Below, in pieces: positions 25,296 through 33,372 of a stretch of DNA of 44,514 nucleotides; position 1 is the first letter of the stretch, and each line of letters opens with the position of its first letter. The notes below the pieces were generated by a model. That model made no database searches and was not told the DNA's origin. It saw nothing but the letters and a program-made list of their open reading frames with translations. The DNA is from a virus, in the IMG/VR virus record IMGVR_UViG_3300028840_002857, one strand, 5' to 3'. Both the position numbers and the translations under genes were made by a program.

Positions 25296-25754
25296 ATGCA
25301 CAAGGAACTTGAACCATATACCAAATATGAAATGTCCGAAACGCTGGACGAACTTTTCGAATGGCGTTGCAAAATTGAGGACGCAATGGCCCAATTGCGG
25401 GAAGTCCGGGCAAATGCAGACGAAGAATTAATCCGACGCATGAAGGAAAAAAATCTTGTTCAATTCAAAACTCAGTACATGGGCGGCGAATCGGTCGTTA
25501 AATATGGGAAAAAGAAAAAAACAAAAGTCGACACGCGATTAATGAAAAAATTTTTATTTGGCGGAAAGGGAAGTTCGCAAGATATGGCCCGCGACGCATT
25601 GGCCGGCGGTCAGTCGGCATGGAAGGCGGCCAAGGTTCAATTAATGGCCGATACCTTGGCGATTCCTAAATTGATTGAAACGACACACGAAGACAAAATC
25701 GTCGTCGAAATAATCCAAACAGAAAAATTAAAACAAATGGGTATAATCGAATAA
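25296..25754 (+). CDS. Hypothetical protein
   Basis: 152-aa ORF with an AAAAGGGGTTAAG leader. Confidence 0.5.
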   Translation: MHKELEPYTKYEMSETLDELFEWRCKIEDAMAQLREVRANADEELIRRMKEKNLVQFKTQYMGGESVVKYGKKKKTKVDTRLMKKFLFGGKGSSQDMARDALAGGQSAWKAAKVQLMADTLAIPKLIETTHEDKIVVEIIQTEKLKQMGIIE

Positions 25755-25773
25755 CGCTGGAGTACATAAAATT

Positions 25774-26559
25774 ATGGAATTAACACAAGAAACAAAACAG
25801 GCGTTCGACGTATCTTTGTCGGTCGCCGCCAACATGCAAAAGTTACAGATTACAGACGATAAAGGTTATTTAATGGTCGCCGAAGGAATAAAGACAATTA
25901 AGCGGGAATATAAAAAACAAGAAGGAATCCGGGTCGCGCTGGTTAAGCCGCTTAACGATCATGTAAAATTTATCAACAATCAATTTAAACCGGTAATGGG
26001 CGAATTGTCCCGGGCCGAAGACGTTTTAAAAAACAAGGTCGCGGCATATAACGCCGAATTGGAAAAGAAACGGAAGGAAGCGGAACGTATAGCCCGGGAA
26101 AAGGCCGACGCCGAACGCCGGAAAAAAGAAGAAGCCGCCCGGATCCAAAGGGAAAAAGAAGAAAAGGAACGCAAGGCGGCCGAAGAATTAAAGCGGAAGG
26201 CCGAAGCCGAAGCCGACGCCAAGAAAAAAGCCGATCTTTTAAAACAGTCGAAGCGGGAAGAAATAAAGGCCGACAACGCCGGAAATCAGGCGCTTGTTTA
26301 CGAATCTATGGCGGAACAAATTAAAGAGCCTATAATAAAACAGGAACCGGCCGCCAAGGGCGTATCGTTCGTTACAACGTATTCCGCAGTCGTCGAAGAC
26401 AAGGCGGCGTTTATACGGCAATGTGTAGAACGCGGCCAGTTCGAATATTTGGAAATAAAGATCGCATTATTAACCAAGGAAGCAAACCAAACGAAGGGCG
26501 CCCGGTCTTGGGCCGGCGTCAAAGTTGTTTCCGGAACGTCAACGAAAGTGAGGGTATAA
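25774..26559 (+). CDS. Hypothetical coiled-coil protein (DUF1351-like?)
   Basis: 261 aa with a central Lys/Glu/Arg/Ala coiled coil (KKRKEAERIAREKADAERRKKEEAARIQREKEEKERKAAEELKRKAEAEA). Confidence 0.5.
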   Translation: MELTQETKQAFDVSLSVAANMQKLQITDDKGYLMVAEGIKTIKREYKKQEGIRVALVKPLNDHVKFINNQFKPVMGELSRAEDVLKNKVAAYNAELEKKRKEAERIAREKADAERRKKEEAARIQREKEEKERKAAEELKRKAEAEADAKKKADLLKQSKREEIKADNAGNQALVYESMAEQIKEPIIKQEPAAKGVSFVTTYSAVVEDKAAFIRQCVERGQFEYLEIKIALLTKEANQTKGARSWAGVKVVSGTSTKVRV

Positions 26560-26560
26560 A

Positions 26561-27136
26561 ATGAAAGTTTTATGGTTCGACACGGAAACGACCGGCCTTG
26601 ATCCGGTTAAAAACGATATCGTCCAAATCGCCGGAATTATAGAAATAGACGGCGAAGTAAAAAAGGAATTTAATTTTACTTGCCGACCGGCGAACCCGGA
26701 TAATATCGAACCGGAAGCATTGGAAACGATCGGAAAGACCAAAGACGAAATAATGTCTTGGCCGGACCCGAAGTCGGTATATCTGGAATTAATCCAGTTA
26801 TTCGATAAATATATCAATAAATACGACAAAGAAGATAAGTTCTTCCCGGCCGGACATAATGTTCTTTTCGACGTTCGTATGTTAATGGAGTTCGCAAAGC
26901 GACACGGCGACAAGTACGGTTTTGGTTCATACATGACTTGGCAACCTATCGATACAATGTATATTGCAGTTATTATGAAACAATTTCCGACATTTCAACC
27001 GGTAAATTTAAAATTATCAACAATTTGCGAAGCCGTCGGAATTAAGCTTGATGCACACGACGCGCTTTCCGACGTCCGGGCGTCCCGGGATTTCGGAACT
27101 TGTTTTCTTGGAACTATTAAAAATTGTTTTCGGTAA
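26561..27136 (+). CDS. DnaQ-like DEDDh 3'-5' exonuclease
   Basis: WFDTETTGLDP (Exo I), GHNVLFDVRML (Exo II) and AHDALSDVRA (Exo III, H-x4-D). Confidence 0.75.
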   Translation: MKVLWFDTETTGLDPVKNDIVQIAGIIEIDGEVKKEFNFTCRPANPDNIEPEALETIGKTKDEIMSWPDPKSVYLELIQLFDKYINKYDKEDKFFPAGHNVLFDVRMLMEFAKRHGDKYGFGSYMTWQPIDTMYIAVIMKQFPTFQPVNLKLSTICEAVGIKLDAHDALSDVRASRDFGTCFLGTIKNCFR

Positions 27137-27143
27137 TTGGACG

Positions 27144-27172
27144 CGGGCGGCCGGCAACGCCCGTATTTTTTT
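27144..27172 (+). terminator. Rho-independent terminator
   Basis: cgggcg (27144-27149) pairs with cgcccg (27158-27163) around an 8-nt loop, followed by TTTTTTT (27166-27172). Confidence 0.6.
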
Positions 27173-27380
27173 CTTGACTTTTTGTAATACGCTTTTTAGT
27201 TTATAACTATGAAATAATTTTTTGTTGATATCATAGGGTTGGAAGCCCGGAACATTCAAAAAGGTTGGTAATTATCCAAAGAAAAACTTTTAACAGGGGA
27301 CCCGAAGACGGAATACGATTTCGGACGCGCCAATCCGTCCGTTGTCTTTCCACCCGTCCCGGGTCCCCGCTTTTTATTAT

Positions 27381-28136
27381 ATGAGCGCGAAAACTTGGTT
27401 TCAGCATGACATGAATTGCCGTAAAAAAGACGGTCTTTCATTACTTTTAAAGGCCGGCGGCAAGGAAGGATACGGCGCCTTTTGGATTATCCAAGAATTA
27501 TATATGGAAATGCAAATTCACAAGGACGAACCCGTAAATTTTTTCATTATTAATGAAGCAACTTTATTAAAAGAATTGCAAATCAATTGCAGAAGTTTCC
27601 CGAAACTTATTGAATTGTTTTCGGAAACAATTGGAATACTTTTCGAAAAGATTCCGAAAACAATTGGAAATGTTTCGTATATGAATTGGAAAATTACCTT
27701 ACCTAAATCATTGATTTTTACCAAAGTCCGAAATAAAAAAATCGACAATAAGAATAAGAATAAGAATAAGAATAAGATAGAAATAGAAAAAGAAAAAGGA
27801 AATAAAGATACTAAAAAAGTACGTACTTGGCGGACGGATTTTTGGACGTATTTAAAATCTGAAATTTTAGCATATAAAGAAATAACAGCCGATCAAGAAT
27901 TCATAAAAGAACAATCCGAATTAAACCCAAATGTCGATATTTTATTATCCTTAAAAAAGGCCCATTTAAATTTTTGGGGAAAGCCGGCCGGTTGGAATTA
28001 TAAGAAAAATAAAAAAGCCGCGACGATTAATTGGCGCCTTACTTTCACGAACGCAATCGATATAAATAAAGTTTATAAGCCGCGGCAGTCCGGCGGCGGG
28101 GGGGTATCGTCTTGGTCTTCAAAACATTCAAATTAG
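27381..28136 (+). CDS. Replication-associated protein, DUF4373 (Lin1244/Lin1753-like) N-terminal domain
   Basis: ATG 27381. WFQHDMNCRKKDGLSLLLKAGGKEGYGAFWIIQELY matches the yf.hd.na..d.k...L....G..GyG.yw.ile pattern. Confidence 0.6.
   Translation: MSAKTWFQHDMNCRKKDGLSLLLKAGGKEGYGAFWIIQELYMEMQIHKDEPVNFFIINEATLLKELQINCRSFPKLIELFSETIGILFEKIPKTIGNVSYMNWKITLPKSLIFTKVRNKKIDNKNKNKNKNKIEIEKEKGNKDTKKVRTWRTDFWTYLKSEILAYKEITADQEFIKEQSELNPNVDILLSLKKAHLNFWGKPAGWNYKKNKKAATINWRLTFTNAIDINKVYKPRQSGGGGVSSWSSKHSN
27747..27776 (+). repeat. (AATAAG)5 in-frame hexanucleotide microsatellite
   Basis: Five perfect tandem copies counted by hand. They encode (NK)5 within the DUF4373-like protein. Confidence 0.9.
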
Positions 28137-28138
28137 AA

Positions 28139-28816
28139 ATGCAACGGATTGAAGTAATAACCGGTCGCCGGTTCAACGAAGCCGACGGCGAAGTTATTTT
28201 CAAATCATTAAACGGAATTGGGACGACGGATTCAGAATTTAAATACGCAGTCGATATGCTCGAATCAATCGACATTCCGAAACGGGACCTTAATTTATTG
28301 TCGTTCTTTAAAAGCCGGGTCCTTGAAATCCGCCGACAGTTAAAAGAACAAAACGCGGCGCCGGTCGATCCGGCCATAAAGGTAACACCGGAACAATCAA
28401 AATTTTACGGTTTAACGGTCGCCGCCGCCGGTAAAAAATTAATGCAATTATCGAAGGAAGATTATTACCGTTGGCGGGATTGGTTTAATAAAAAATGGTT
28501 TGCATTGTCCGGGGACGACTTAACGGAATTTTTAAAAATGCAATATAAATCTTTTAACGAATTCGCGGTTTCACATGAAACAACCCCGGGCCTTCGGGAA
28601 AAGTACGGGTTATCTATGCGGCCGCGGGTTTCCGGATTTCCAGAAGATGAATACAATAAGCTTATTCTTGAACAAGAATCCGTCGCGCAATATTTAGAAG
28701 ATCACCCGGAAGAATCCGAAAAATGGAATTCTGAAAAAATAGACACGAAAGAATATTACCGGATAATTCACGCAGTCAGACGGCAAAAATTAACCGAACT
28801 TCAAAAGGATTGGTAA
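28139..28816 (+). CDS. Hypothetical replication-module protein
   Basis: ATG 28139 lies 3 nt after the previous stop. 225 aa. Confidence 0.5.
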   Translation: MQRIEVITGRRFNEADGEVIFKSLNGIGTTDSEFKYAVDMLESIDIPKRDLNLLSFFKSRVLEIRRQLKEQNAAPVDPAIKVTPEQSKFYGLTVAAAGKKLMQLSKEDYYRWRDWFNKKWFALSGDDLTEFLKMQYKSFNEFAVSHETTPGLREKYGLSMRPRVSGFPEDEYNKLILEQESVAQYLEDHPEESEKWNSEKIDTKEYYRIIHAVRRQKLTELQKDW

Positions 28817-28817
28817 T

Positions 28818-29852
28818 TTGTACGCTTTAAGCATAAAACAGCCTTGGGCTTGGTTAATCGCCAATGGCTTTAAAGATATTGAAAATCGAACTTGGCCGAC
28901 GAATTATCGCGGCCCTGTTTTAATCCACGCGGGAAAGTCGGTTGACCGCGGCGCGTATGATTGGATCGCTTCGACGATCCCGGACGCGGCCGCCGCCCGG
29001 ATACCCGTAATCTCAACATTACCAAAAGGGGGTATTGTAGGATATGCAGAAATAATTGATTGCGTCGCCAATTCGCAAAGTAAATGGTTCGCGGGTCCTT
29101 GGGGGTTCGTAATTAAAAACGGCCGCCCGCTTCCATTTATTTCAATAAAAGGACAATTAAAATTTTTTCAAATACCATATAAATTAAACAAAAGCGGGGT
29201 ACTTATGGCCGATGAAATGGAAATCACGAAACGGGAAGATACTTTATCGCTTCCGGTCGCGCTTGGGAAAGACGAACTTATATCCGTAATGGACGATATT
29301 TCCCAAAAGATAAAAGCTTTTGAGGATTTAGAGGAAGAACTATCCGACATTAAAAAGGATTACGGTAAATCAATGAAAAAATTGGACGCCGAAATCCGGA
29401 CGCTTGCAAAAAATTATCGCGAAAAAACCAAGGTTGAAGAAATCGAATGTATTATCGAATTCAATTGGACCAAGGGAATTAAACACATTATCCGGAAATC
29501 ATCCGGTGAAGTTCTACAAGAAAAGCCGATAACGGACGAAGACAGGCAGGAAAAGCTTGATCTTGAAGACCACGGAAAACCGCTTGACGGATCGATCCCA
29601 GAAGAATCAGGGGAATCGGAAGACGCGACCGACGGCAAGGTCCTTGAAATAGTCGACAACGAACCCGGAACCGACGTCGAAGTTAAGAACGGCGAAAAAT
29701 GGGTCGAAATTCCATTCGCCGGATTAAAGGAAGGACAGACCTTCCGAATGGTAAAGGAAGGGGAAATACAGAATTACGAAGGAAAAGAAACATTCAAAGC
29801 AATTGGGGACCCGGAACAAGAAGACGGGTTTTGGAAAATTGCGGTTGTTTAA
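28818..29852 (+). CDS. ASCH-domain protein with a long acidic C-terminal region
   Basis: TTG start. The N-terminus, ALSIKQPWAWLIANGFKDIENRTWPTNYRGPVLIHAGK, matches the ASCH/PUA-like pattern. The C-terminal ~220 aa are rich in Glu/Asp/Lys. Confidence 0.6.
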   Translation: MYALSIKQPWAWLIANGFKDIENRTWPTNYRGPVLIHAGKSVDRGAYDWIASTIPDAAAARIPVISTLPKGGIVGYAEIIDCVANSQSKWFAGPWGFVIKNGRPLPFISIKGQLKFFQIPYKLNKSGVLMADEMEITKREDTLSLPVALGKDELISVMDDISQKIKAFEDLEEELSDIKKDYGKSMKKLDAEIRTLAKNYREKTKVEEIECIIEFNWTKGIKHIIRKSSGEVLQEKPITDEDRQEKLDLEDHGKPLDGSIPEESGESEDATDGKVLEIVDNEPGTDVEVKNGEKWVEIPFAGLKEGQTFRMVKEGEIQNYEGKETFKAIGDPEQEDGFWKIAVV

Positions 29853-29864
29853 TTAAATTATAAT

Positions 29865-30254
29865 ATGGAATCAAAAAAATTTGTAATCCATGGAAATCCG
29901 GTCGCCAAGCCGCGGCAATCACAGCGCGACCGCTGGAAAGAACGTCCATGCGTTATGAAATATCGTATTTGGGCGGATTCGGCAAGATTGCAAGCGGGGC
30001 GCCTTCCGGTCCGTCCGACCGGTATTTTTTTGGAAATATATATCCAAGTTCCGAAGTCATGGTCAGAAAAGAAAAAAGCGGCAATGGCCGGGCGATATCA
30101 TCAAAGCGTGCCGGATAGCGATAATATTTTAAAGGCGGTCAAAGATGCGTTATTCAAAGACGATAGATCGATCGCTTTTGATAAAGCCGTAAAATTTTGG
30201 ACCTTGGAAAATCCGCGAATCGTTGTTGAAGTATGGCGGCCCGATGGCTATTAA
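29865..30254 (+). CDS. rusA: RusA-like Holliday junction resolvase
   Basis: 129 aa. IHGNPVAKPRQ and PDSDNILKAVKDALFKDDRSI match the RusA motifs. Confidence 0.6.
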   Translation: MESKKFVIHGNPVAKPRQSQRDRWKERPCVMKYRIWADSARLQAGRLPVRPTGIFLEIYIQVPKSWSEKKKAAMAGRYHQSVPDSDNILKAVKDALFKDDRSIAFDKAVKFWTLENPRIVVEVWRPDGY

Positions 30255-31074
30255 AGAATTGTCTTTATTTTCAGGAGCCGGAGGCGGTTTGCTTGGAACT
30301 AAACTTTTAGGTTGGGAGTGTATAGGATATGTCGAATTCAATAAATATTGCCAAAAAATTATTAGACGAAGAATTGAAGACGGAATCTTCGATAATGCTC
30401 CAATATTCGGCGATATCCGAAAATTCATTAATGAAGGGTACGCCGACGCATATTCGGGAATGGTTGACGTCATTACAGCGGGATTCCCTTGTCAACCATT
30501 TAGTGTCGCGGGTAAAGGAAAAGCGGAAAAAGATGATAGAAATATGTGGCCCGAAACAATTGACGTTATTCGAAGAATCAAGCCAATCTTTGTCTTTCTT
30601 GAAAACGTTCCCGGTTTATTGTCTCACGAATACACCATTACAATATTCAACCAATTATCTGAAAACGGATACGAAGCGTTACCAGCGATTAAATATGGGG
30701 CTAATAACGTTGGAGCCTTCCATAGACGGAAAAGAATATGGATATTGGCTGTCTCCAAAAGCGTCGGAATACAAGGAACCGAACAATTTACGGGATCAAA
30801 TAGCAGTCCGGGAAGGTTTGAGAATTTGGCCGACCCCGAGAGCGAGCGCAAGCGGTCCGGATTATTCCAGAGTGAACAGGAAAAAGTCAGGTGGGGACGA
30901 TCTTGTTACAGCAGTAGCGAAAACAGAAAAAGAAAAGACTGGTTCCCTGAATCCGGATTGGGTCGAATGGCTTATGGGATGGCCAATCGAGTGGAGCGCC
31001 TTAAAGCAATTGGAAACGGACAAGTTCCGCAAGTGGTTAGAGTGGTATGGGAATTATTGACAAATGAAGAATAA
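30244..31074 (+). CDS. dcm: DNA (cytosine-5)-methyltransferase
   Basis: FSGAGGG (30268-30288), GFPCQPFS (30481-30504), ENVPGLL (30601-30621), GAFHRRKRIWILA and RLKAIGNGQVPQV (31009-31035). Confidence 0.8.
   Translation: MAIKELSLFSGAGGGLLGTKLLGWECIGYVEFNKYCQKIIRRRIEDGIFDNAPIFGDIRKFINEGYADAYSGMVDVITAGFPCQPFSVAGKGKAEKDDRNMWPETIDVIRRIKPIFVFLENVPGLLSHEYTITIFNQLSENGYEALPAIKYGANNVGAFHRRKRIWILAVSKSVGIQGTEQFTGSNSSPGRFENLADPESERKRSGLFQSEQEKVRWGRSCYSSSENRKRKDWFPESGLGRMAYGMANRVERLKAIGNGQVPQVVRVVWELLTNEE
30329..31060 (+). CDS. Nested +1-frame ORF with WPTP and EWLMGWP motifs (possible overprinted gene; the start may be 30533)
   Basis: 243 stop-free codons lie wholly inside the methyltransferase gene. 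They encode WPTPRASASG (30827-) and LNPDWVEWLMGWPIEWSALKQLETDKFRKW (30947-). Confidence 0.35.
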   Translation: MSNSINIAKKLLDEELKTESSIMLQYSAISENSLMKGTPTHIREWLTSLQRDSLVNHLVSRVKEKRKKMIEICGPKQLTLFEESSQSLSFLKTFPVYCLTNTPLQYSTNYLKTDTKRYQRLNMGLITLEPSIDGKEYGYWLSPKASEYKEPNNLRDQIAVREGLRIWPTPRASASGPDYSRVNRKKSGGDDLVTAVAKTEKEKTGSLNPDWVEWLMGWPIEWSALKQLETDKFRKWLEWYGNY

Positions 31075-31240
31075 CGAAATGCCAATAATGACTTGTCCGA
31101 AATGCGGCGCGGAATACGAAGACTTCGACGGCTTCGGAGTTCTGTATTGTGAAAAATGCGGATATTGTATTCATGCTTCAATATCGGATGGTCATTGCGA
31201 TTATTGCGGAATAAAGGAAGAATTAATAAAAGGGGGTTAA
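31064..31240 (+). CDS. Zinc-ribbon mini-protein
   Basis: Hand translation gives (MKNNE)MPIMTCPKCGAEYEDFDGFGVLYCEKCGYCIHASISDGHCDYCG. An alternative start is at 31079. Confidence 0.45.
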   Translation: MKNNEMPIMTCPKCGAEYEDFDGFGVLYCEKCGYCIHASISDGHCDYCGIKEELIKGG

Positions 31241-31242
31241 GG

Positions 31243-31845
31243 TTGAAAAATGATTTTAATGGTTATAGTACAATAAATAGCTATGAAGCTGACACTCAAA
31301 GTGATTTTACGAAAACAAAAAATCCCGAACAATTGGACCTTTTTAATTATCGGCCAATTGAAAAAGAAGATTACGGAATCCCGAACGATTGGATTCGAGA
31401 ACAAGCGGCCGGCGACGGTTGTAAATGCTTCGCTTGTGGACGTTGGACAAAAATATATCACAGGACAATAACTTCATCAATGGCCAGGGCGTTAATTCTT
31501 ATTCATAAATATTATTTCAAATACGATCACAACGTATTGAAGTCAATGCACATCGAGGGATTTTTGAAGCGGTGTAGAACATCATCAGCGACGCGCGGTG
31601 ACGTCGCAAAACTTCGATTTTGGGGATTAATTAGAAAGAATGAAAATAAATCTGGACATTATTATTATACGGCCGAAGGCGCCAGATTTGTTAAAAACGA
31701 ATTAATGGTACCAAGGTACGCAGTCGTTTATGATAATCATTTTTTCGGATTGGAAGGTGAGTCGTTTATGATAGTCGAAGCTTTTAAAAATTATTTTGAT
31801 TACGAAGAGTTAATGTCTTCGAAAATCGAATATTTGGGGAAATAA
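31243..31845 (+). CDS. Hypothetical DNA-binding-like protein
   Basis: TTG 31243 follows AAAAGGGGGTTAAGG. 200 aa. It contains CKCFACGRWTKIYHRTITSSMARALILIHKY and RGDVAKLRFWGLIRK (zinc-ribbon plus winged-helix flavour). Confidence 0.5.
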   Translation: MKNDFNGYSTINSYEADTQSDFTKTKNPEQLDLFNYRPIEKEDYGIPNDWIREQAAGDGCKCFACGRWTKIYHRTITSSMARALILIHKYYFKYDHNVLKSMHIEGFLKRCRTSSATRGDVAKLRFWGLIRKNENKSGHYYYTAEGARFVKNELMVPRYAVVYDNHFFGLEGESFMIVEAFKNYFDYEELMSSKIEYLGK

Positions 31846-31991
31846 TGAAAAAAGCAAGATATAAGACTAAATGTTTTTACTGTTCCTGTGCTATTAAAAA
31901 AGGTGAATGTTACTGGATTATTGGCGGTGTTAAGGCTTGTGCAAAATGCGCGAAAGTTGAATACGAAAAGCAGAACGAGAAAAAAGAATGA
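31845..31991 (+). CDS. Zinc-ribbon mini-protein (48 aa)
   Basis: TAATG coupling to the previous gene. Hand translation gives MKKARYKTKCFYCSCAIKKGECYWIIGGVKACAKCAKVEYEKQNEKKE. Confidence 0.4.
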   Translation: MKKARYKTKCFYCSCAIKKGECYWIIGGVKACAKCAKVEYEKQNEKKE

Positions 31992-32095
31992 TGTTCGAAT
32001 TGACCATAAAAATCATATTGGCAGTTCCGATAATTTTAACTATCTCGTTTTTAATATACATAATTTTTGTTCGACCGTTTTTAAATTTCAAATAG
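31988..32095 (+). CDS. Small hydrophobic protein (35 aa)
   Basis: ATGA coupling to the previous gene. Hand translation gives MMFELTIKIILAVPIILTISFLIYIIFVRPFLNFK, consistent with a single transmembrane helix. Confidence 0.35.
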   Translation: MMFELTIKIILAVPIILTISFLIYIIFVRPFLNFK

Positions 32096-32104
32096 TGGGG
32101 TACC

Positions 32105-32257
32105 ATGCCAAAAATTTTAAATGACTGTTCTGACTGTAAAAAACCAACAAGAAATCTCATGATTAACGTCGAATTCTACGGGAAGATATACGATCTATGT
32201 TATTCCTGTTATAAGGCGCGGGTTAAAGCAATGGTAAAAAAGGAATTGAAAAGGTGA
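32105..32257 (+). CDS. Zinc-ribbon mini-protein (50 aa)
   Basis: Hand translation gives MPKILNDCSDCKKPTRNLMINVEFYGKIYDLCYSCYKARVKAMVKKELKR. Its stop overlaps the next GTG start. Confidence 0.4.
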   Translation: MPKILNDCSDCKKPTRNLMINVEFYGKIYDLCYSCYKARVKAMVKKELKR

Positions 32258-32586
32258 CTTTACAAAAAAATAAACCTATTCGTGATAGGGAATATTTAAA
32301 ATTACTTGATGATGAACCGTGTTGTTGCTGTTATCAGTGGGTTACTGTAGACAATCGCGCAGTTCCGAGATATCCAGCCGGCGGGATACATCACCATTAC
32401 GGAAAACGAGGAAAAGGCGTCGGTCAGAAATGTGACGATCGGGAATGCGTACCAATATGTTTGAAACATCACAATGAAATACACGCAAAAGGACCATTCG
32501 AAATTGAGAAGAAATATTGTATTGACTTATATGAAGTCGGTTTGTATTATAGAAATAAACACGGAAGGAAATTTGAATATGAGTAA
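32254..32586 (+). CDS. HNH-motif protein (Ref / DUF968-like)
   Basis: 110 aa. CCCCYQW...GGIHHHYGKRGKGVGQKCDDRECVPICLKHHNEIH resembles hH...g.g.K.sD...iPLC..HH. Confidence 0.45.
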   Translation: MTLQKNKPIRDREYLKLLDDEPCCCCYQWVTVDNRAVPRYPAGGIHHHYGKRGKGVGQKCDDRECVPICLKHHNEIHAKGPFEIEKKYCIDLYEVGLYYRNKHGRKFEYE

Positions 32587-32761
32587 ACATATATTTTTTA
32601 AACGCCGGCGGTCCGCGCTCAGTTATGTATTTCGATATTTTAAATGCCTTTGGTGCGTTTGGACGACGCCGTTTTATTTTAGAAGGAATGTTATACTTGC
32701 CATATTAAGTTTTTTATTATCGCCATTATTGGCTTTTTTATATTGGCGGGATTTTGAATAA
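32579..32761 (+). CDS. Small membrane protein (60 aa)
   Basis: ATG 32579 overlaps the end of the previous gene. The C-terminal hydrophobic stretch is VILAILSFLLSPLLAFLYW. Confidence 0.35.
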   Translation: MSKHIFFKRRRSALSYVFRYFKCLWCVWTTPFYFRRNVILAILSFLLSPLLAFLYWRDFE

Positions 32762-32768
32762 ATTAGAT

Positions 32769-32966
32769 ATGGATTCGGTCGACACTCTTATTTTAAAGGA
32801 TTTGTATAGAAGATACAAAATACACGGGGGCGATTATGGTAAATGGATCAATTTGCAAAACAGATTATTTGGAGTTAACGGAAGCGGTCCGGCGAATGCT
32901 TCGTCATGCTCAATTCATGCCGGGGGGCGATTACAGGATAAAAACGGAATTCATAAAGGAACTTGA
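32769..32966 (+). CDS. Hypothetical ORF (frame uncertain)
   Basis: The first half, MDSVDTLILKDLYRRYKIHGGDYGKW, looks protein-like. The second half looks like an out-of-frame read of 32836..32997. Confidence 0.3.
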   Translation: MDSVDTLILKDLYRRYKIHGGDYGKWINLQNRLFGVNGSGPANASSCSIHAGGRLQDKNGIHKGT

Positions 32967-32997
32967 AATTTTAACCAAAGACAAAAGGGGCGATTAA
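32836..32997 (+). CDS. Hypothetical protein (53 aa, hand-called alternative frame)
   Basis: The ATG sits 5 nt after GGGGG. Hand translation gives MVNGSICKTDYLELTEAVRRMLRHAQFMPGGDYRIKTEFIKELEILTKDKRGD, ending in TAATG. Confidence 0.35.
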   Translation: MVNGSICKTDYLELTEAVRRMLRHAQFMPGGDYRIKTEFIKELEILTKDKRGD

Positions 32998-33063
32998 TGG
33001 AAGGTCGAATAAATGAATTAGGATATTTATATATTGTACACAATCGCAAAATTAGGAGGTTTT

Positions 33064-33264
33064 ATGATAGGTAAAATTTTTACATTATTAAATATTGATG
33101 GTTCGATATTAACTATGTTCATTATCAATTTCCATAAACGTATAATAGAACATGCCGTACATCATAACGACGGATCATATTCTCCAGAACGTTATTATGA
33201 TTTAGTATCGGAAAACGGTTCTGGTTGGTATAGAGTTTATAAAAATTTTACAAAAGTGGAGTAA
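33064..33264 (+). CDS. Hypothetical protein (66 aa)
   Basis: ATG 33064 lies 4 nt after AGGAGG (33054-33059). Confidence 0.45.
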   Translation: MIGKIFTLLNIDGSILTMFIINFHKRIIEHAVHHNDGSYSPERYYDLVSENGSGWYRVYKNFTKVE

Positions 33265-33372
33265 TTTTGCGACAGCGTACAACAGCGAAAGGGCAAAATT
33301 AAAACTTCGCCCGTTTCGCAGACGTTAATGGAAATCGAGCCTATGTATAATAATCCAACAAGCGAGGGCATA

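Noticed and set aside
27296-27368. A 73-nt element closed by a 9-bp stem could be a tRNA or tRNA-like gene.
   Set aside because: The internal arms do not fit a cloverleaf. There is no D or T loop consensus and only one inner stem. It is kept only as a possible leader structure.
32998-33075. A 25-aa ORF begins MEGRINELGYLYIVHN, reminiscent of the GIY-YIG nuclease N-terminus.
   Set aside because: It is too short, stops after 25 codons and has no YIG or downstream Arg/Glu motifs. At most it is a remnant.
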